Positions 17,523 through 27,447 of a DNA stretch of 64,000 bases are shown piece by piece. Positions within the stretch are counted from its first letter, which is position 1, and each line of letters starts with the position of its first letter. Where the stretch lies: positions 960,001 through 1,024,000 of the forward strand of contig OZ245817.1 of NCBI GenBank assembly GCA_965228475.1, in the 5' to 3' direction. Origin of the DNA: Myxococcota bacterium (GTDB taxonomy: Bacteria > Myxococcota_A > UBA9160 > JAFDDA01). The notes under the pieces are model-generated. The model made no database searches. It saw only the letters and a program-made list of their open reading frames with translations, and was not told the origin of the DNA. Made by a program: the position numbers and the translations under genes.

Positions 17523-18369
17523 GCCCTTCCTGGGCCACGGAGGCCAGGAGCTGCCCGTCGCGCGAGAAGAGGCTTCCGCGGGCGAAGCCGCGCGCGCCGG
17601 CCGCGCTCGGGCTGTCCTGCTCGTAGAGCACCCAATCGTCGGCGCGTCCGTCGCGGTGGAACCAGATCGCGTGGTCGAGGCTCGCGGCCATGACGTGGCG
17701 GAAGGCCGGGCCGGGGACGTGGCGGCGGGTCATCGCGTCGAGCAGCGCCATGTCCGAGGCGTAGGTGAGCAGGCAGCGGTGCAGGAAGGGATCCTCGGGG
17801 AGGGTTCCCGTCGCGCGCAGCCAGATGCGGAGCTGGCCGTCGCGGCCCGCGCTGCCGAAGAGTCCGCCTTCCCCGGCGGTGGAGCGGAACTCGATGGCGT
17901 GTTCGCGCTCGAGCCAGGCGCGGAACTCCTTCGGCACCTTGTCCCCGAGCTGCGCCGCCCGCTCGGCCCAGGTGGGCAGGCTCTCGGGGTCCGGCAGGTC
18001 CCGGGGCATCGGGGCCCCGTGTTCGAAGCCGGGCTCGATCTTGTGGAAGGAGACGCCCATGCTGAAGATCGCCTTGCCGTGCTGCTGGGCGACCACGCGG
18101 CGCGTGGTGAAGCTCCCGCCGTCGCGGATCGGGTCGACGGTGTAGACGACGGGGTGGGCCGGGTCGCCGCCGCGCAGGAAGTAGGCGTGGAGCGAATGGG
18201 GCGGCCGCTCCCCCTCGACGGTGCGCCCGGCCGCGACCAGCGACTGCGCCGCCACCTGGCCCCCGAACAGGCGACCGCGGCTCGTGTCCTCGTTGCGTCC
18301 GCGGAAGATCGTGGTGTCGATGCGTTCGAGGTCGAGGACGGAGACCAGGTGATCGAGAGCTTTCCCCAT
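17491..18369 (-). CDS. tesB: Acyl-CoA thioesterase II
   Basis: LFGGQVAAQS, HSLHAYFLR, RDGGSFTTRRV, YASD, ASLDHAIWFH, SVAQEG. Confidence 0.92.
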   Translation of the reverse strand: MGKALDHLVSVLDLERIDTTIFRGRNEDTSRGRLFGGQVAAQSLVAAGRTVEGERPPHSLHAYFLRGGDPAHPVVYTVDPIRDGGSFTTRRVVAQQHGKAIFSMGVSFHKIEPGFEHGAPMPRDLPDPESLPTWAERAAQLGDKVPKEFRAWLEREHAIEFRSTAGEGGLFGSAGRDGQLRIWLRATGTLPEDPFLHRCLLTYASDMALLDAMTRRHVPGPAFRHVMAASLDHAIWFHRDGRADDWVLYEQDSPSAAGARGFARGSLFSRDGQLLASVAQEGLIRPLRPPKD

Positions 18370-18463
18370 GCCGTCTGTGCTTAGCACGCCCGCCGACGAG
18401 CGTGCGCGCGCCCCGGCGTGCGCCGGGAGATCGCGCCCGCCGAAGTGGTAGGATCCGCCGGTC

Positions 18464-19291
18464 GTGAGCCGATTCCGCTATCCCCGTCTGGCCAAGCGCT
18501 ACGTCACCTCGGCGTGGTCGCAACGGCGCCACCGCAAGACCTTCGAGACGGTCGAGACCGTGGCGCTCTTCGTGGGCTACCGGCGGAGCGGGCACAGTCT
18601 GGTCGGCGCGCTCCTCGACGCGCATCCGGACGCGGCCCTCGCCCACGGCCTCGACGTGTTGCACCACGTCCGGTACGGCTTCTCGCGCGGGCAGATCTTC
18701 TCGTTGATCCTCGGCAACAGCGAGGAGCGCGCCGCGCAGGGCCGCGTCGTGACGGGCTACTCCTACGCCGTGCCGGGCGGCTGGCAGGGGAGGGTGCGCC
18801 GCCTGCGCGTGATCGGTTCGACCCGCGGCGGCGCCACGGCGCGCACCCTGCGCGAGCGCCCGGAGCTCGCCGAACGCGTGGAGCAGCACCTCGGCCACCC
18901 CGTCCGCTGGATCCACGTCCTGCGCAACCCCTTCGACGTGATCAGCACGCTCGCGCTCCGCGGCCGGCGCAACGACATCGAGTCCGCGATCGGCGACTAC
19001 TTCCGGCTGGTCGAGGGCGTGGCCGAGCTGCGCGAGCGCGTCGAGCGCGGCCGCATGCTCGACCTCCGCCACGAAGACCTCGTCGCGGACCCGCGCGCGA
19101 CCTTGCGTCGCCTCGCGACCTGGCTGGGTCTCGATGCACCCGACGACTGGCTCGATGCCTGCCAGGCGATCCTCTTCGAGAAGCCGAACCGCTCCCGCAC
19201 GGACGCGCCGTGGAAACCCGAGCAGATCGAGCGGGTCCAGAAGCGTGTGGCCCGGTACCCCTTCCTCTCCGGCTACCGCTTCGACGCCTGA
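18464..19291 (+). CDS. Sulfotransferase-family protein
   Basis: 5'-PSB-like FVGYRRSGHSLVGALLDAHP; RNPFDVIST; RHEDLVADP. Confidence 0.8.
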   Translation: MSRFRYPRLAKRYVTSAWSQRRHRKTFETVETVALFVGYRRSGHSLVGALLDAHPDAALAHGLDVLHHVRYGFSRGQIFSLILGNSEERAAQGRVVTGYSYAVPGGWQGRVRRLRVIGSTRGGATARTLRERPELAERVEQHLGHPVRWIHVLRNPFDVISTLALRGRRNDIESAIGDYFRLVEGVAELRERVERGRMLDLRHEDLVADPRATLRRLATWLGLDAPDDWLDACQAILFEKPNRSRTDAPWKPEQIERVQKRVARYPFLSGYRFDA

Positions 19292-19312
19292 AGGGGGCTA
19301 CTCTCCGAGGCC

Positions 19313-20875
19313 ATGACGATCCTCCGCGCGAGCCTCCTCCACGCCCTGGTCCTGGCCTTCGTGTTCTCGCCCGCTCGAACCGGCGCCTACCCGCTCGACG
19401 GCTACGCCCAGACGGGCATCGCCCGCCTCGAGCACCAGCGCCTCATCCAGGAAGGGGAGCTCAAGGGCAAGCGCCGGCCGGCCGGCGAGCTGCTGCCCCT
19501 GGACCGCGTCGACCTCCGGCTCGCGGACCGTCCGAACCTCGGGCTGCCGAAGAGCGATCCTGCGCTGACGAAGAAGCTCCGCCGCCTGCTCGGCGCCTCC
19601 GCCTCGCGCTACGGGGTCGCCCTGCTCGACGTGACGAACCCGGACGCGCCCGCCTACGGCGAGTGGAACGGCAACCAGCTCCAGAACCCCGGGAGCGTCG
19701 GCAAGGTGCTCGTGGCGCTGGCGATCTTCCAGGCCCTGGCGGACCTCTACCCGCGCAACATCGAGGCGCGCAAGCGCATCCTCCGCGAGACGATCATCGA
19801 AGCGGACGTCTTCAGCGTCTACGACCACCACACGGTGCGTTTCTTCGATCTCGGGACCCGCGCGCTGAAACGTCGGCCGATCCACAAGGGGGACCGCGGC
19901 TCGCTGTGGACCTACCTTGATTGGATGATGTCGCCGAGCTCGAACTCCGCGGCCGGGATGCTCCAGAAGCACCTCATGCTGATCGCCCACTTCGGGAAGC
20001 GCTACCCGGTCTCGGCCGCCGAGGCGGACGCGTTCTTCAAGGACACGCCCTACAAGGAGCGTTCGAAGATCTTCCTCGACGCGATCGTCGGGCCGCTCAC
20101 GCGCAACGGTCTCCACCCGGAGAAGCTCCGCCAGGGGAGTTTCTTCACGCGCGAGGGCAAGAAGCGCGTCGGCGGGACGTCGAGCCACGCGACGCCGCGC
20201 GAGCTCCTGCGCTTCATGCTCAAGATGGAGCAGGGGAAGCTCGTCGACGTGTGGTCGAGCCGCGAGATCAAGCGCCTCCTCTACATCACCGAGCGGCGCA
20301 TCCGTTACGGCTCCTCGGGCGCGCTCCGGGACTCGGCGGTCTACTTCAAGTCGGGCTCGCTCTACAGCTGCGAGCCCGAGCCGGGCTTCACCTGCAAGAA
20401 GTACCACGGCAACAAGCGCAACTACATGAACTCGATCGCGATCGTCGAGACGCCCGCCGGCCAGGACCGGCTCTACTACATGGTGGCGGTGCTCTCGAAC
20501 GTGCTGAAGAAGAACTCGGCCCAGGACCACCGGGATCTCGCCCGCGCCGTCCACTCCATGCTGCTCGCGCGGAATCCGGCGAAGCCCACTCCGGCCGGTT
20601 CCCGCGCGGCTTCGGCGACCTTCGGGGAGGGCTTCATCGGCTACGAGGCCGAGCGATCCTCGATCCGGCTGAAGCTCGAGGTCCAGGAGGCGCTCGTCGC
20701 GCTCGGCTACGAGATCGGCGAGATCGACGGGCGCATCGGGCCGAATACCCGGAAGGCGATCCGCGTCTATCAGAAGGAGCACGGGCTCGCCGCGGACGGC
20801 GCCGCGACCCCTTCGCTGCTGAAGCACATGCGATCGACCGGCCAGAAGCGAGGCGTGATCCGGCCGGGCGCCTGA
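19313..20875 (+). CDS. Secreted serine hydrolase (class A beta-lactamase fold) with C-terminal peptidoglycan-binding domain
   Basis: Signal peptide; SVGK (SxxK), SSN (SxN), KSG motifs; VQEALVALGY...IDGRIGPNTRKAIRVYQKEHGL..DG. Confidence 0.8.
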   Translation: MTILRASLLHALVLAFVFSPARTGAYPLDGYAQTGIARLEHQRLIQEGELKGKRRPAGELLPLDRVDLRLADRPNLGLPKSDPALTKKLRRLLGASASRYGVALLDVTNPDAPAYGEWNGNQLQNPGSVGKVLVALAIFQALADLYPRNIEARKRILRETIIEADVFSVYDHHTVRFFDLGTRALKRRPIHKGDRGSLWTYLDWMMSPSSNSAAGMLQKHLMLIAHFGKRYPVSAAEADAFFKDTPYKERSKIFLDAIVGPLTRNGLHPEKLRQGSFFTREGKKRVGGTSSHATPRELLRFMLKMEQGKLVDVWSSREIKRLLYITERRIRYGSSGALRDSAVYFKSGSLYSCEPEPGFTCKKYHGNKRNYMNSIAIVETPAGQDRLYYMVAVLSNVLKKNSAQDHRDLARAVHSMLLARNPAKPTPAGSRAASATFGEGFIGYEAERSSIRLKLEVQEALVALGYEIGEIDGRIGPNTRKAIRVYQKEHGLAADGAATPSLLKHMRSTGQKRGVIRPGA

Positions 20876-20956
20876 GGCGAGGAACCCCCCGGACTCCGTC
20901 GGCATCCATTCAAGAGACGCGCCCGTCGAAGAACCCCCGAGGCCAGCACTGCCGCG

Positions 20957-22546
20957 ATGACGACTCCCCAGGTCGTGAACGAAGCCAGCGAAACGAACGA
21001 GGCCGGCGAGGGCTACGGCCTGAGCCTCGAGCCGTATCCGCGCCACGTCCGGGTCTTCTTCGACGGCATCGCCGTGGCCGATACCGAGAACGCCATCCTG
21101 CTGCACGAGACGCGGCACACGCCCGTCGTCTACTTCCCGAAGGCCGACGTACGGATGGATCTCCTCCAGCCGACGGCGCACCGGACCCACTGCCCCTTCA
21201 AGGGCGACGCGAGCTACTGGAGCGTGACCGTCGGCGAGCGCACGGCCGAGAACGCCGTCTGGGCCTACGAGGAGCCGATCGAGGAGGTCGAATCCCTCGA
21301 CGGCTACGTCGCCTTCTACCGCGACCGGATGGACGAGTGGCTCGAGGAGGGCGACGCGCCGGAGCCGGCCCCGGAGCCGCCGCCCCACGCGGCGGAGAAC
21401 CCGCTCGTCGACTGGCTCATGCGCGAGGCCTGGCGCGTGGATCGCGTCGACGATCTCGTCCTGGCGCTCGGCCGCCGGCTCGACGCCATGGGGATGGGCA
21501 TCCATCGGCTCAACCTGATCGTGCGGACGCTGCACCCCCAGGTGATGGGCACGATCCATCTGTGGGAACGCGCGAGCGACGCGGTGGAACGCGTCGAGCT
21601 CTCCCATGCCGGCGGGAAGGAGGAGCGCTTCCTCGCGAGCCCCTTCATCCACATCTTCGAGGGACGCGGCGGGGTGCGAAGGAGCCTGCGGGGAAGCGAC
21701 GCGAAGCTCGACTACCCGATCCTCGAAGACCTGCGCAACGAGGGCGTCACGGACTACGCGGCCATGCCGATCGCGTTCTCGGACGGGCAGATCCACGCGC
21801 TCACGCTCGCGACGCACGCGCCCGGCGGCTTCCGCACGAGCGACCTCGGCCACCTCCACGAGGTGCTCCCCCTGCTCGCGCGCCTGGTCGAAGCCCACGC
21901 GATGCGCACCACCGCGCGGACGCTGCTCGATACCTACCTCGGGTCCGGAACGGGGGGCCGCGTGCTCGAGGGTCTCGTGCGGCGCGGCGATGGCGACGTC
22001 ATCAACGCCGTCGTGTGGTGGGCGGACCTGCGCGGCTCGACGCTCTTCGCCGAGCGCCTCCCGCGCGACCGCTACCTCGAACTCCTGAACCAGTTCTTCG
22101 AGTGCACCGCCGGCGCGGCCCTCGCCCACGGCGGCGAAGTGCTCAAGTTCATCGGCGACGCCGTGCTCGCGATCTTCCCGCTCGGCGACGACCCGCACGC
22201 CGCGGATCCCGCGCTGGCCGCCGCCGAGGAGGCGCTCGAGCGGATCGCCCGGGCGAACGAGACGCTCGGGGAAGACGAGCAGCTCGCCGTGGCCCTCGCG
22301 CTCCACCGGGGCGAGGTCAACTATGGCAACATCGGCGTCGAAGGGCGCCTCGACTTCACCGTGACCGGCCCGGCCGTCAACCAGGTCGCGCGCCTCGAGC
22401 GGCTCTCGAAGAGTCTCGACGAAGCGATCGTCGCCTCTCGGGCGTTCGCCGAGCTGGTCGGTTCCCCCATGCGGAGCCTGGGCGAACACGCCCTGCGAGG
22501 TTTCCAGGAGCCGGTGGAGGTCTTCACCTTGGGAGAAACGTCGTGA
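20957..22546 (+). CDS. DUF427 domain fused to class III adenylate/guanylate cyclase
   Basis: N-terminal LHET..TPVVYFP..DV, THCPFKGDASYW, AVWAY; C-terminal ADLRGST, KFIGDA, DFTVTGPAVN..ARLE. Confidence 0.85.
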   Translation: MTTPQVVNEASETNEAGEGYGLSLEPYPRHVRVFFDGIAVADTENAILLHETRHTPVVYFPKADVRMDLLQPTAHRTHCPFKGDASYWSVTVGERTAENAVWAYEEPIEEVESLDGYVAFYRDRMDEWLEEGDAPEPAPEPPPHAAENPLVDWLMREAWRVDRVDDLVLALGRRLDAMGMGIHRLNLIVRTLHPQVMGTIHLWERASDAVERVELSHAGGKEERFLASPFIHIFEGRGGVRRSLRGSDAKLDYPILEDLRNEGVTDYAAMPIAFSDGQIHALTLATHAPGGFRTSDLGHLHEVLPLLARLVEAHAMRTTARTLLDTYLGSGTGGRVLEGLVRRGDGDVINAVVWWADLRGSTLFAERLPRDRYLELLNQFFECTAGAALAHGGEVLKFIGDAVLAIFPLGDDPHAADPALAAAEEALERIARANETLGEDEQLAVALALHRGEVNYGNIGVEGRLDFTVTGPAVNQVARLERLSKSLDEAIVASRAFAELVGSPMRSLGEHALRGFQEPVEVFTLGETS

Positions 22547-23127
22547 TCGGAAAGACCTGCTGTGTGCGGGCCCTGCTCGCGGCCTTCGTCGCCTTGGCCG
22601 CGCTCTCGCCGGCCCGCGCCGCGGAGGTGAAAGGGCAGGTCTTCGAAGAGCGCGCGTCGGTCGACGGGACGAGTCTCGAGCTCTGCGCCGTGAGCCTGCT
22701 GCGCTGGAAGTGGGTGCTCGACGTCTACGTGATGGGCCTCTACCTCGAGAGCTGCGACGACCTTCCCAAGAAGCCCCAGGGCGAGACCGCGCGGCGTCTC
22801 GAGATCGCCTACCTCCGCGGCTTCAGCGGGCCGCAGTTCGCGGACGCGGCGGATCAGGTCCTCGAGCGAACCTTCGACGCAAAGACCCTGGAGCCGCTGC
22901 GCGAGCGGATCGCGAAGCTGCACGCGGCCTACCAGGCCGTCGAGAAGGGCGACCGCTACGCGCTGACCTTCACGCCCGGGCGCGGCACGGAGCTCGCGAA
23001 GAACGGGAAGGCGCTGGCGGCCGTGCCCGGGGCCGACTTCGCCGACGTCTACTTCGACATCTGGCTCGGCGACGATCCCGCCGACGGCGGGCTCCGCGAC
23101 CGGCTGCTTCGGGGCGAGAGGAAGTAG
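22543..23127 (+). CDS. Secreted chalcone-isomerase-like (fatty-acid-binding fold) protein
   Basis: Signal peptide; DVYVMGLY, V.KGDRY.L...PG.G, F..IWLG..P. Confidence 0.75.
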   Translation: MIGKTCCVRALLAAFVALAALSPARAAEVKGQVFEERASVDGTSLELCAVSLLRWKWVLDVYVMGLYLESCDDLPKKPQGETARRLEIAYLRGFSGPQFADAADQVLERTFDAKTLEPLRERIAKLHAAYQAVEKGDRYALTFTPGRGTELAKNGKALAAVPGADFADVYFDIWLGDDPADGGLRDRLLRGERK

Positions 23128-23219
23128 CTCCCAGCGACGGCGCTCTCCCTGCGGCGCCGAGTTCGGCCCCAACGGGGCTTCCGCGCGGTGTAGGATGACG
23201 GCCCCGAACTGGAGGTCCG

Positions 23220-24422
23220 ATGCTGCCCGTTGCGCCGCTTGCCCGTCTCGTCTTCTCGACCGCGCTCCTGCTCTTCCTCGCCGCCCCCGCGCAGGCCGAT
23301 TTCCCCGGCGGCATCGGCGGGCCGCTCCTCGACCCGGAGGCGCCCGGTCCCTTCGACGTCGGCCACATGACCCTCTCCGAGACGGACGAGTCCCGCGGAC
23401 GCACCTTCCAGGTCGAGGTCTGGTATCCGGTCGACCCCGAGGACGCCGCCGGCGCCCCGGTCGCCGCCTACGATCTGCTCTTCGCGGACCTGCCCTCGGA
23501 GTTCGCCGTGAGCGGCGTCGCCCCCTCCGACTTCGGACCCTTCTCGTTGATCGCGTTCTCCCACGGGAACAACGGCATCCGCTTCCAGTCCTTCTTCCTG
23601 GCCGAGCAGCTCGCGAGCCACGGCTTCGTCGTCGCGGCGCCGGACCACGTCGGCAACACCGCCGTCGACGTGCTGATCCCGGGGCCGCCCTTCACGACGA
23701 CGGACCGCCCGCTCGACATCTCCTACACGATCACCCGCATGCTCGAGCGCAGCGCCGACCCGGCGGACCTGCTGTTCGGTGCGATCGACCCGGCGCGCAT
23801 CGGCGTGGCCGGCCACTCCTTCGGCGGCTTCACCGCCCTCGCCATGGCGGCGGGCTTCGCGGAGGTGCCGCCGGACCCGCGCGTGATCGCGATCGCGCCG
23901 ATCTCCCCGGTGTCCACGAGCTTCACCGAAGCCGAGCTCGCCTCGATCGATCTGCCGACGCTGATCCTCGGCGGCACCGAAGACATCACGACGCCGGTCG
24001 TGCCCCAGAGCAGCCGGGCCTTCGAGTTCATCTCCGGCCGTCCGCTCTATCGCGTCGACGTCGAGGGGGCCGGGCACAACTCCTTCACCGACATCTGCGA
24101 TCTCGTCGACGCCCTGGCCGACGTCGGACTCCCGCAGAACATCCTCGACTTCCTGTTCTCGAACGCCGACGAGGGCTGCTCGCCGGATCTCGTCCCCCTC
24201 GACTTCGCCCACCAGGTCTCGAACCGCTACCTCGTGTCCTTCTTCAAGGCCGAGGTCGCCGGGGACCCGCGGTACGGCGACTACCTCGTCCCGGGCGGCC
24301 CGCCGAAGAAGCACAAGGGCGCCCTCCTATGGGTGGCGGCCGATTGCGGCGATGCGGGCCTCGCGGCGTTCGCTTTCGTGGCGTTCCTGGCCTTCCGGAC
24401 GGGCAGGCTCCGAAAGCGCTAG
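23220..24422 (+). CDS. Secreted alpha/beta hydrolase (dienelactone hydrolase/PAF-AH-like) with C-terminal TM tail
   Basis: Signal peptide; FSHG, LASHGFVVAAPDH, GHSFGG nucleophile, GAGHNSFTD; tail DCGDAGLAAFAFVAFLAFR..RLRKR. Confidence 0.85.
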   Translation: MLPVAPLARLVFSTALLLFLAAPAQADFPGGIGGPLLDPEAPGPFDVGHMTLSETDESRGRTFQVEVWYPVDPEDAAGAPVAAYDLLFADLPSEFAVSGVAPSDFGPFSLIAFSHGNNGIRFQSFFLAEQLASHGFVVAAPDHVGNTAVDVLIPGPPFTTTDRPLDISYTITRMLERSADPADLLFGAIDPARIGVAGHSFGGFTALAMAAGFAEVPPDPRVIAIAPISPVSTSFTEAELASIDLPTLILGGTEDITTPVVPQSSRAFEFISGRPLYRVDVEGAGHNSFTDICDLVDALADVGLPQNILDFLFSNADEGCSPDLVPLDFAHQVSNRYLVSFFKAEVAGDPRYGDYLVPGGPPKKHKGALLWVAADCGDAGLAAFAFVAFLAFRTGRLRKR

Positions 24423-24466
24423 CCTCCGGGCTCCGGCGCCTCCGCGCCGACGCGGGAGGCCACTGC

Positions 24467-25045
24467 ATGGGACGATGGATCGCCGAACTCTTCCTCCGCC
24501 TGACGGGTTGGGAGAGTGAGGGGCAGGCGCCCGTCGCGAAGAAGATCGTCCTGATCGCGGCTCCCCATACTTCGAACTGGGACCTGGCCTACCTGCTGGC
24601 CCTGCAGTTCCGCTTCGGGCTCTCGCCGCGCTGGATGGGCAAGCACACGCTCTTCCGCGGGCCCATGGGGCCGGTGATGCGGATGCTCGGCGGCATCCCG
24701 ATCCGCCGCCACCTGCGCGAGAACGTCGTCGACCAGATGAAGCGCGCCTTCGACGAGAACGAGACGCTCTGCCTGACGATCCCGCCGGAGGGGACGCGGG
24801 GGCGCACGAAGTTCTGGAAGTCCGGCTTCTACCACATCGCCCACGGCGCGGGCGTTCCGATCGTGTTCGGCTATCTCGACTTCGCACGCAAGCGCGGCGG
24901 CCTCGGCCCCGAGTTCACGACCACCGGCGACATCAAGGCCGACATGGACGTGATCCGCTCCTTCTACCGCGACATCCAGGGCAAGGATCCGCAGAAGTTC
25001 GGACCGGTCCGATTGAAGGAAGAGTCGGAGCAGGAGCCGGCCTAG
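24467..25045 (+). CDS. PlsC-like lysophospholipid acyltransferase
   Basis: APHTSNWD (HX4D), GGIPI, PEGTR, WKSGFYHIA; GGGAGG RBS. Confidence 0.9.
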   Translation: MGRWIAELFLRLTGWESEGQAPVAKKIVLIAAPHTSNWDLAYLLALQFRFGLSPRWMGKHTLFRGPMGPVMRMLGGIPIRRHLRENVVDQMKRAFDENETLCLTIPPEGTRGRTKFWKSGFYHIAHGAGVPIVFGYLDFARKRGGLGPEFTTTGDIKADMDVIRSFYRDIQGKDPQKFGPVRLKEESEQEPA

Positions 25046-25070
25046 GCCACCTCGCTCGCACGTCCGCGCG

Positions 25071-26147
25071 CTAGCGCTTTCCCAGCACGCGCCTGCGAAA
25101 CCTCTGGATCACCGGCAGGCGATCGAGCCAGGCCGACGCGTCCGCGCGGTCCGGGTCGACCGTGCTCGGCGGCCCGGCGAAGCCTTCGGGGATCTGGGTG
25201 TGCAGGTGGTCCCCGTCCATGAAGTGGTACTCGAAACCCGGCACGAAGACGTCCTCGTCGGCCTCGACGTCGATGGTGCGCAGGCCGTAGGTCGTGAGCT
25301 CGGTGGTCGTGGCCTGGGGCGGGATGATCCAGGCGTGGTTCGGCCCGGCCATGAACAGGTACTGGATCTCGCGGTTGCGCGAGAGGATGCGGAAGCGCCG
25401 CAGCCGCCCGCCGTACAGCCGGCTCTTGGCCGAGGACTTCTCGAGCACGCCGCGCCCGAAGTCCGGCTCGTACCCCGGCGCGAAGCGCAGGGAGCTCGGG
25501 TCGCCGGCCCGCGTGAAGCGCGCCACGGAGCGCCCGCCGTTCACCAGGTTGGCCCGCACCGAGCGCGCCCGCTCGCGGGGCGCGACGAAGTCGCGGTAGG
25601 GCTCGATGCGGCCGTCGGGGGCCCGCCGCAGGATCCGCTGGAGCGCTCCGAGATCGATCGGGATCGTCTTCGATCGGCGCAGGACGTCTTCCAACGCGTC
25701 CTGGATCTCGAGCGGCAGGTCCGTCGTCGTTTCCTTGGACGTCGTGATCTCGACGCCGTCCTCGATCTCTTCGACGACTTCGCCCTTGCCGATCCACCAG
25801 TCGCCGCCGAGCCGTGTCAGGTGGGAGGCGCAGCGCCAGACGAGCGAGACGTCCTTGTAGAAGAGCCGCGGCCAGGCGCGCTCGCCCTGCACGACGTAGG
25901 CGACGAAGAAGCGGACGTAGTCGTTCTGGCGGACGTCGGCGACGTAGAAGGTCGTGTCGAAGAGGTCGAAGCGGTGGCGGGGCGCGTAGGGGCCGGAGAG
26001 CAGGCGGCGCGGTGCGCGCCGGGCGGTGCCGGCGGGCAGGATCTCGAGGCCCGCATCCACGCGCCGGCGGAACTCCGCGAGGATGCGCGCCGGCGGACGG
26101 GGATCCGGCCGGGCGGCCGGGACGATGCGCTTCTCGATGGGCGGCAC
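25071..26147 (-). CDS. Hypothetical protein
   Basis: Strong GC3 codon bias, aromatic-rich globular sequence; GTG start chosen 6 nt after a CATACT -10 box. Confidence 0.7.
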   Translation of the reverse strand: MPPIEKRIVPAARPDPRPPARILAEFRRRVDAGLEILPAGTARRAPRRLLSGPYAPRHRFDLFDTTFYVADVRQNDYVRFFVAYVVQGERAWPRLFYKDVSLVWRCASHLTRLGGDWWIGKGEVVEEIEDGVEITTSKETTTDLPLEIQDALEDVLRRSKTIPIDLGALQRILRRAPDGRIEPYRDFVAPRERARSVRANLVNGGRSVARFTRAGDPSSLRFAPGYEPDFGRGVLEKSSAKSRLYGGRLRRFRILSRNREIQYLFMAGPNHAWIIPPQATTTELTTYGLRTIDVEADEDVFVPGFEYHFMDGDHLHTQIPEGFAGPPSTVDPDRADASAWLDRLPVIQRFRRRVLGKR

Positions 26148-26241
26148 CTGCGGAGTATGGCGGCTCCCGGCCGAAAAGGGGCGCTCAGCGGCTCCTGATT
26201 CGTCACTATGAGACAATTCAAAATTAATGTACCATTCGGCC

Positions 26242-27447
26242 ATGGCGAGACCGACGACCCCGGAGGCCCGCTTCGAGCCCTGCGGCGGCGAGCGCTGGCG
26301 CGACCCCTTCCCGATGTACCGGGCCCTCCGGGACCACGACCCCGTCCACCACGTTCCGGACAACGGCGAGGGGCAGGACTACTGGGTCGTGTCGCGCTTC
26401 CGGGACGTCTTCGAAGCCGTGGTCGATGCGGAGCGCTTCTCGTCCGCCGAGGGGCTCACCTTCTCCTACGGCGAGAAGGAGAAGCTCGGGATCGAGGCGC
26501 CCATCGTGATGATGGACCCGCCCGAGCACACCCACCTCCGCAAGCTCGCGATCAAGAAGCTGACACCGCGCCAGGTCGCCGAGCTCGACCCGATGATCCG
26601 GGAGTTCGTGGTGGAGCGCGTCGAGCGCCTGCGCGAGCAGGGGGAAGCCTGCGTCGTCGAGGGGCTGCTGAAGCCGCTTCCGAGCCGGGTCGTCGCACAC
26701 TTCCTCGGCGTCCCCGTCTCCGACCGCGAGCACTTCGACCGCTGGACGGCGGCGATCGTCTCCGCGAACGCCGCGGGCAACGTGCTCGGCGCCCAGGAAG
26801 CGGTCGGCGAGATGTTCGGCTACTTCGCCGCGCTGATGGAGCGCCGGCGCAGCGAGCCCGGGGACGACATGATCTCCGCGCTCGTGCACGGCAGCCTGCC
26901 TGAGGGAGAGGCCGTTTCGCCCGCCAAGATCCTCGGCTTCGGGTTCACCATGGTGACCGGCGGCAACGACACGGCGACCGGCCTCCTCGGCGGTGCGCTC
27001 GAGCTCCTGACCCGGCATCCCGAGCAGCGCGCGTTCCTTTGCGAGGATCCGGCACGCATCCCGAACGCGGTGGAGGAGTTCCTGCGACTCTCGTCTCCGG
27101 TGCAGGGCCTCGCCCGCATGACGACCGGTGACGTGGAACTCGCGGGGCAGGCGATTCCGAAGGGGAAGAAGGTCCTGCTGCTCTACGCCTCGGCCAACCG
27201 CGACGAGCGGGAGTTCGGCGACGACGCCGAAGCCTGCGACGTCGAGCGACGCATCCGCCGCCACCTTTCCTTCGGCTACGGGCCGCACCACTGCATCGGC
27301 GCCGCCGCGGCGCGCCTGCAGGCGCGCATCGCCCTCGAGGAGCTCCTGGCGCGCTGTCCCGACTTCCACGTCGACGCCGAGGCAGGGCGCTACGCGCCGG
27401 GGCCCTTCGTCCGCCGCTTCGAAACCCTCCCGTTCCGCGCGAAGTGA
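26242..27447 (+). CDS. Cytochrome P450, CYP130-like
   Basis: FTMVTGGNDT I-helix, EEFLR (ExxR), FGYGPHHCIG heme motif; PMYRALRDHDPVHHV recalls M. tuberculosis CYP130. Confidence 0.93.
   Translation: MARPTTPEARFEPCGGERWRDPFPMYRALRDHDPVHHVPDNGEGQDYWVVSRFRDVFEAVVDAERFSSAEGLTFSYGEKEKLGIEAPIVMMDPPEHTHLRKLAIKKLTPRQVAELDPMIREFVVERVERLREQGEACVVEGLLKPLPSRVVAHFLGVPVSDREHFDRWTAAIVSANAAGNVLGAQEAVGEMFGYFAALMERRRSEPGDDMISALVHGSLPEGEAVSPAKILGFGFTMVTGGNDTATGLLGGALELLTRHPEQRAFLCEDPARIPNAVEEFLRLSSPVQGLARMTTGDVELAGQAIPKGKKVLLLYASANRDEREFGDDAEACDVERRIRRHLSFGYGPHHCIGAAAARLQARIALEELLARCPDFHVDAEAGRYAPGPFVRRFETLPFRAK

Noticed and set aside
19298..22489. 1063-aa minus-strand ORF
   Set aside because: Antisense shadow of motif-bearing plus-strand genes; expected in high-GC DNA
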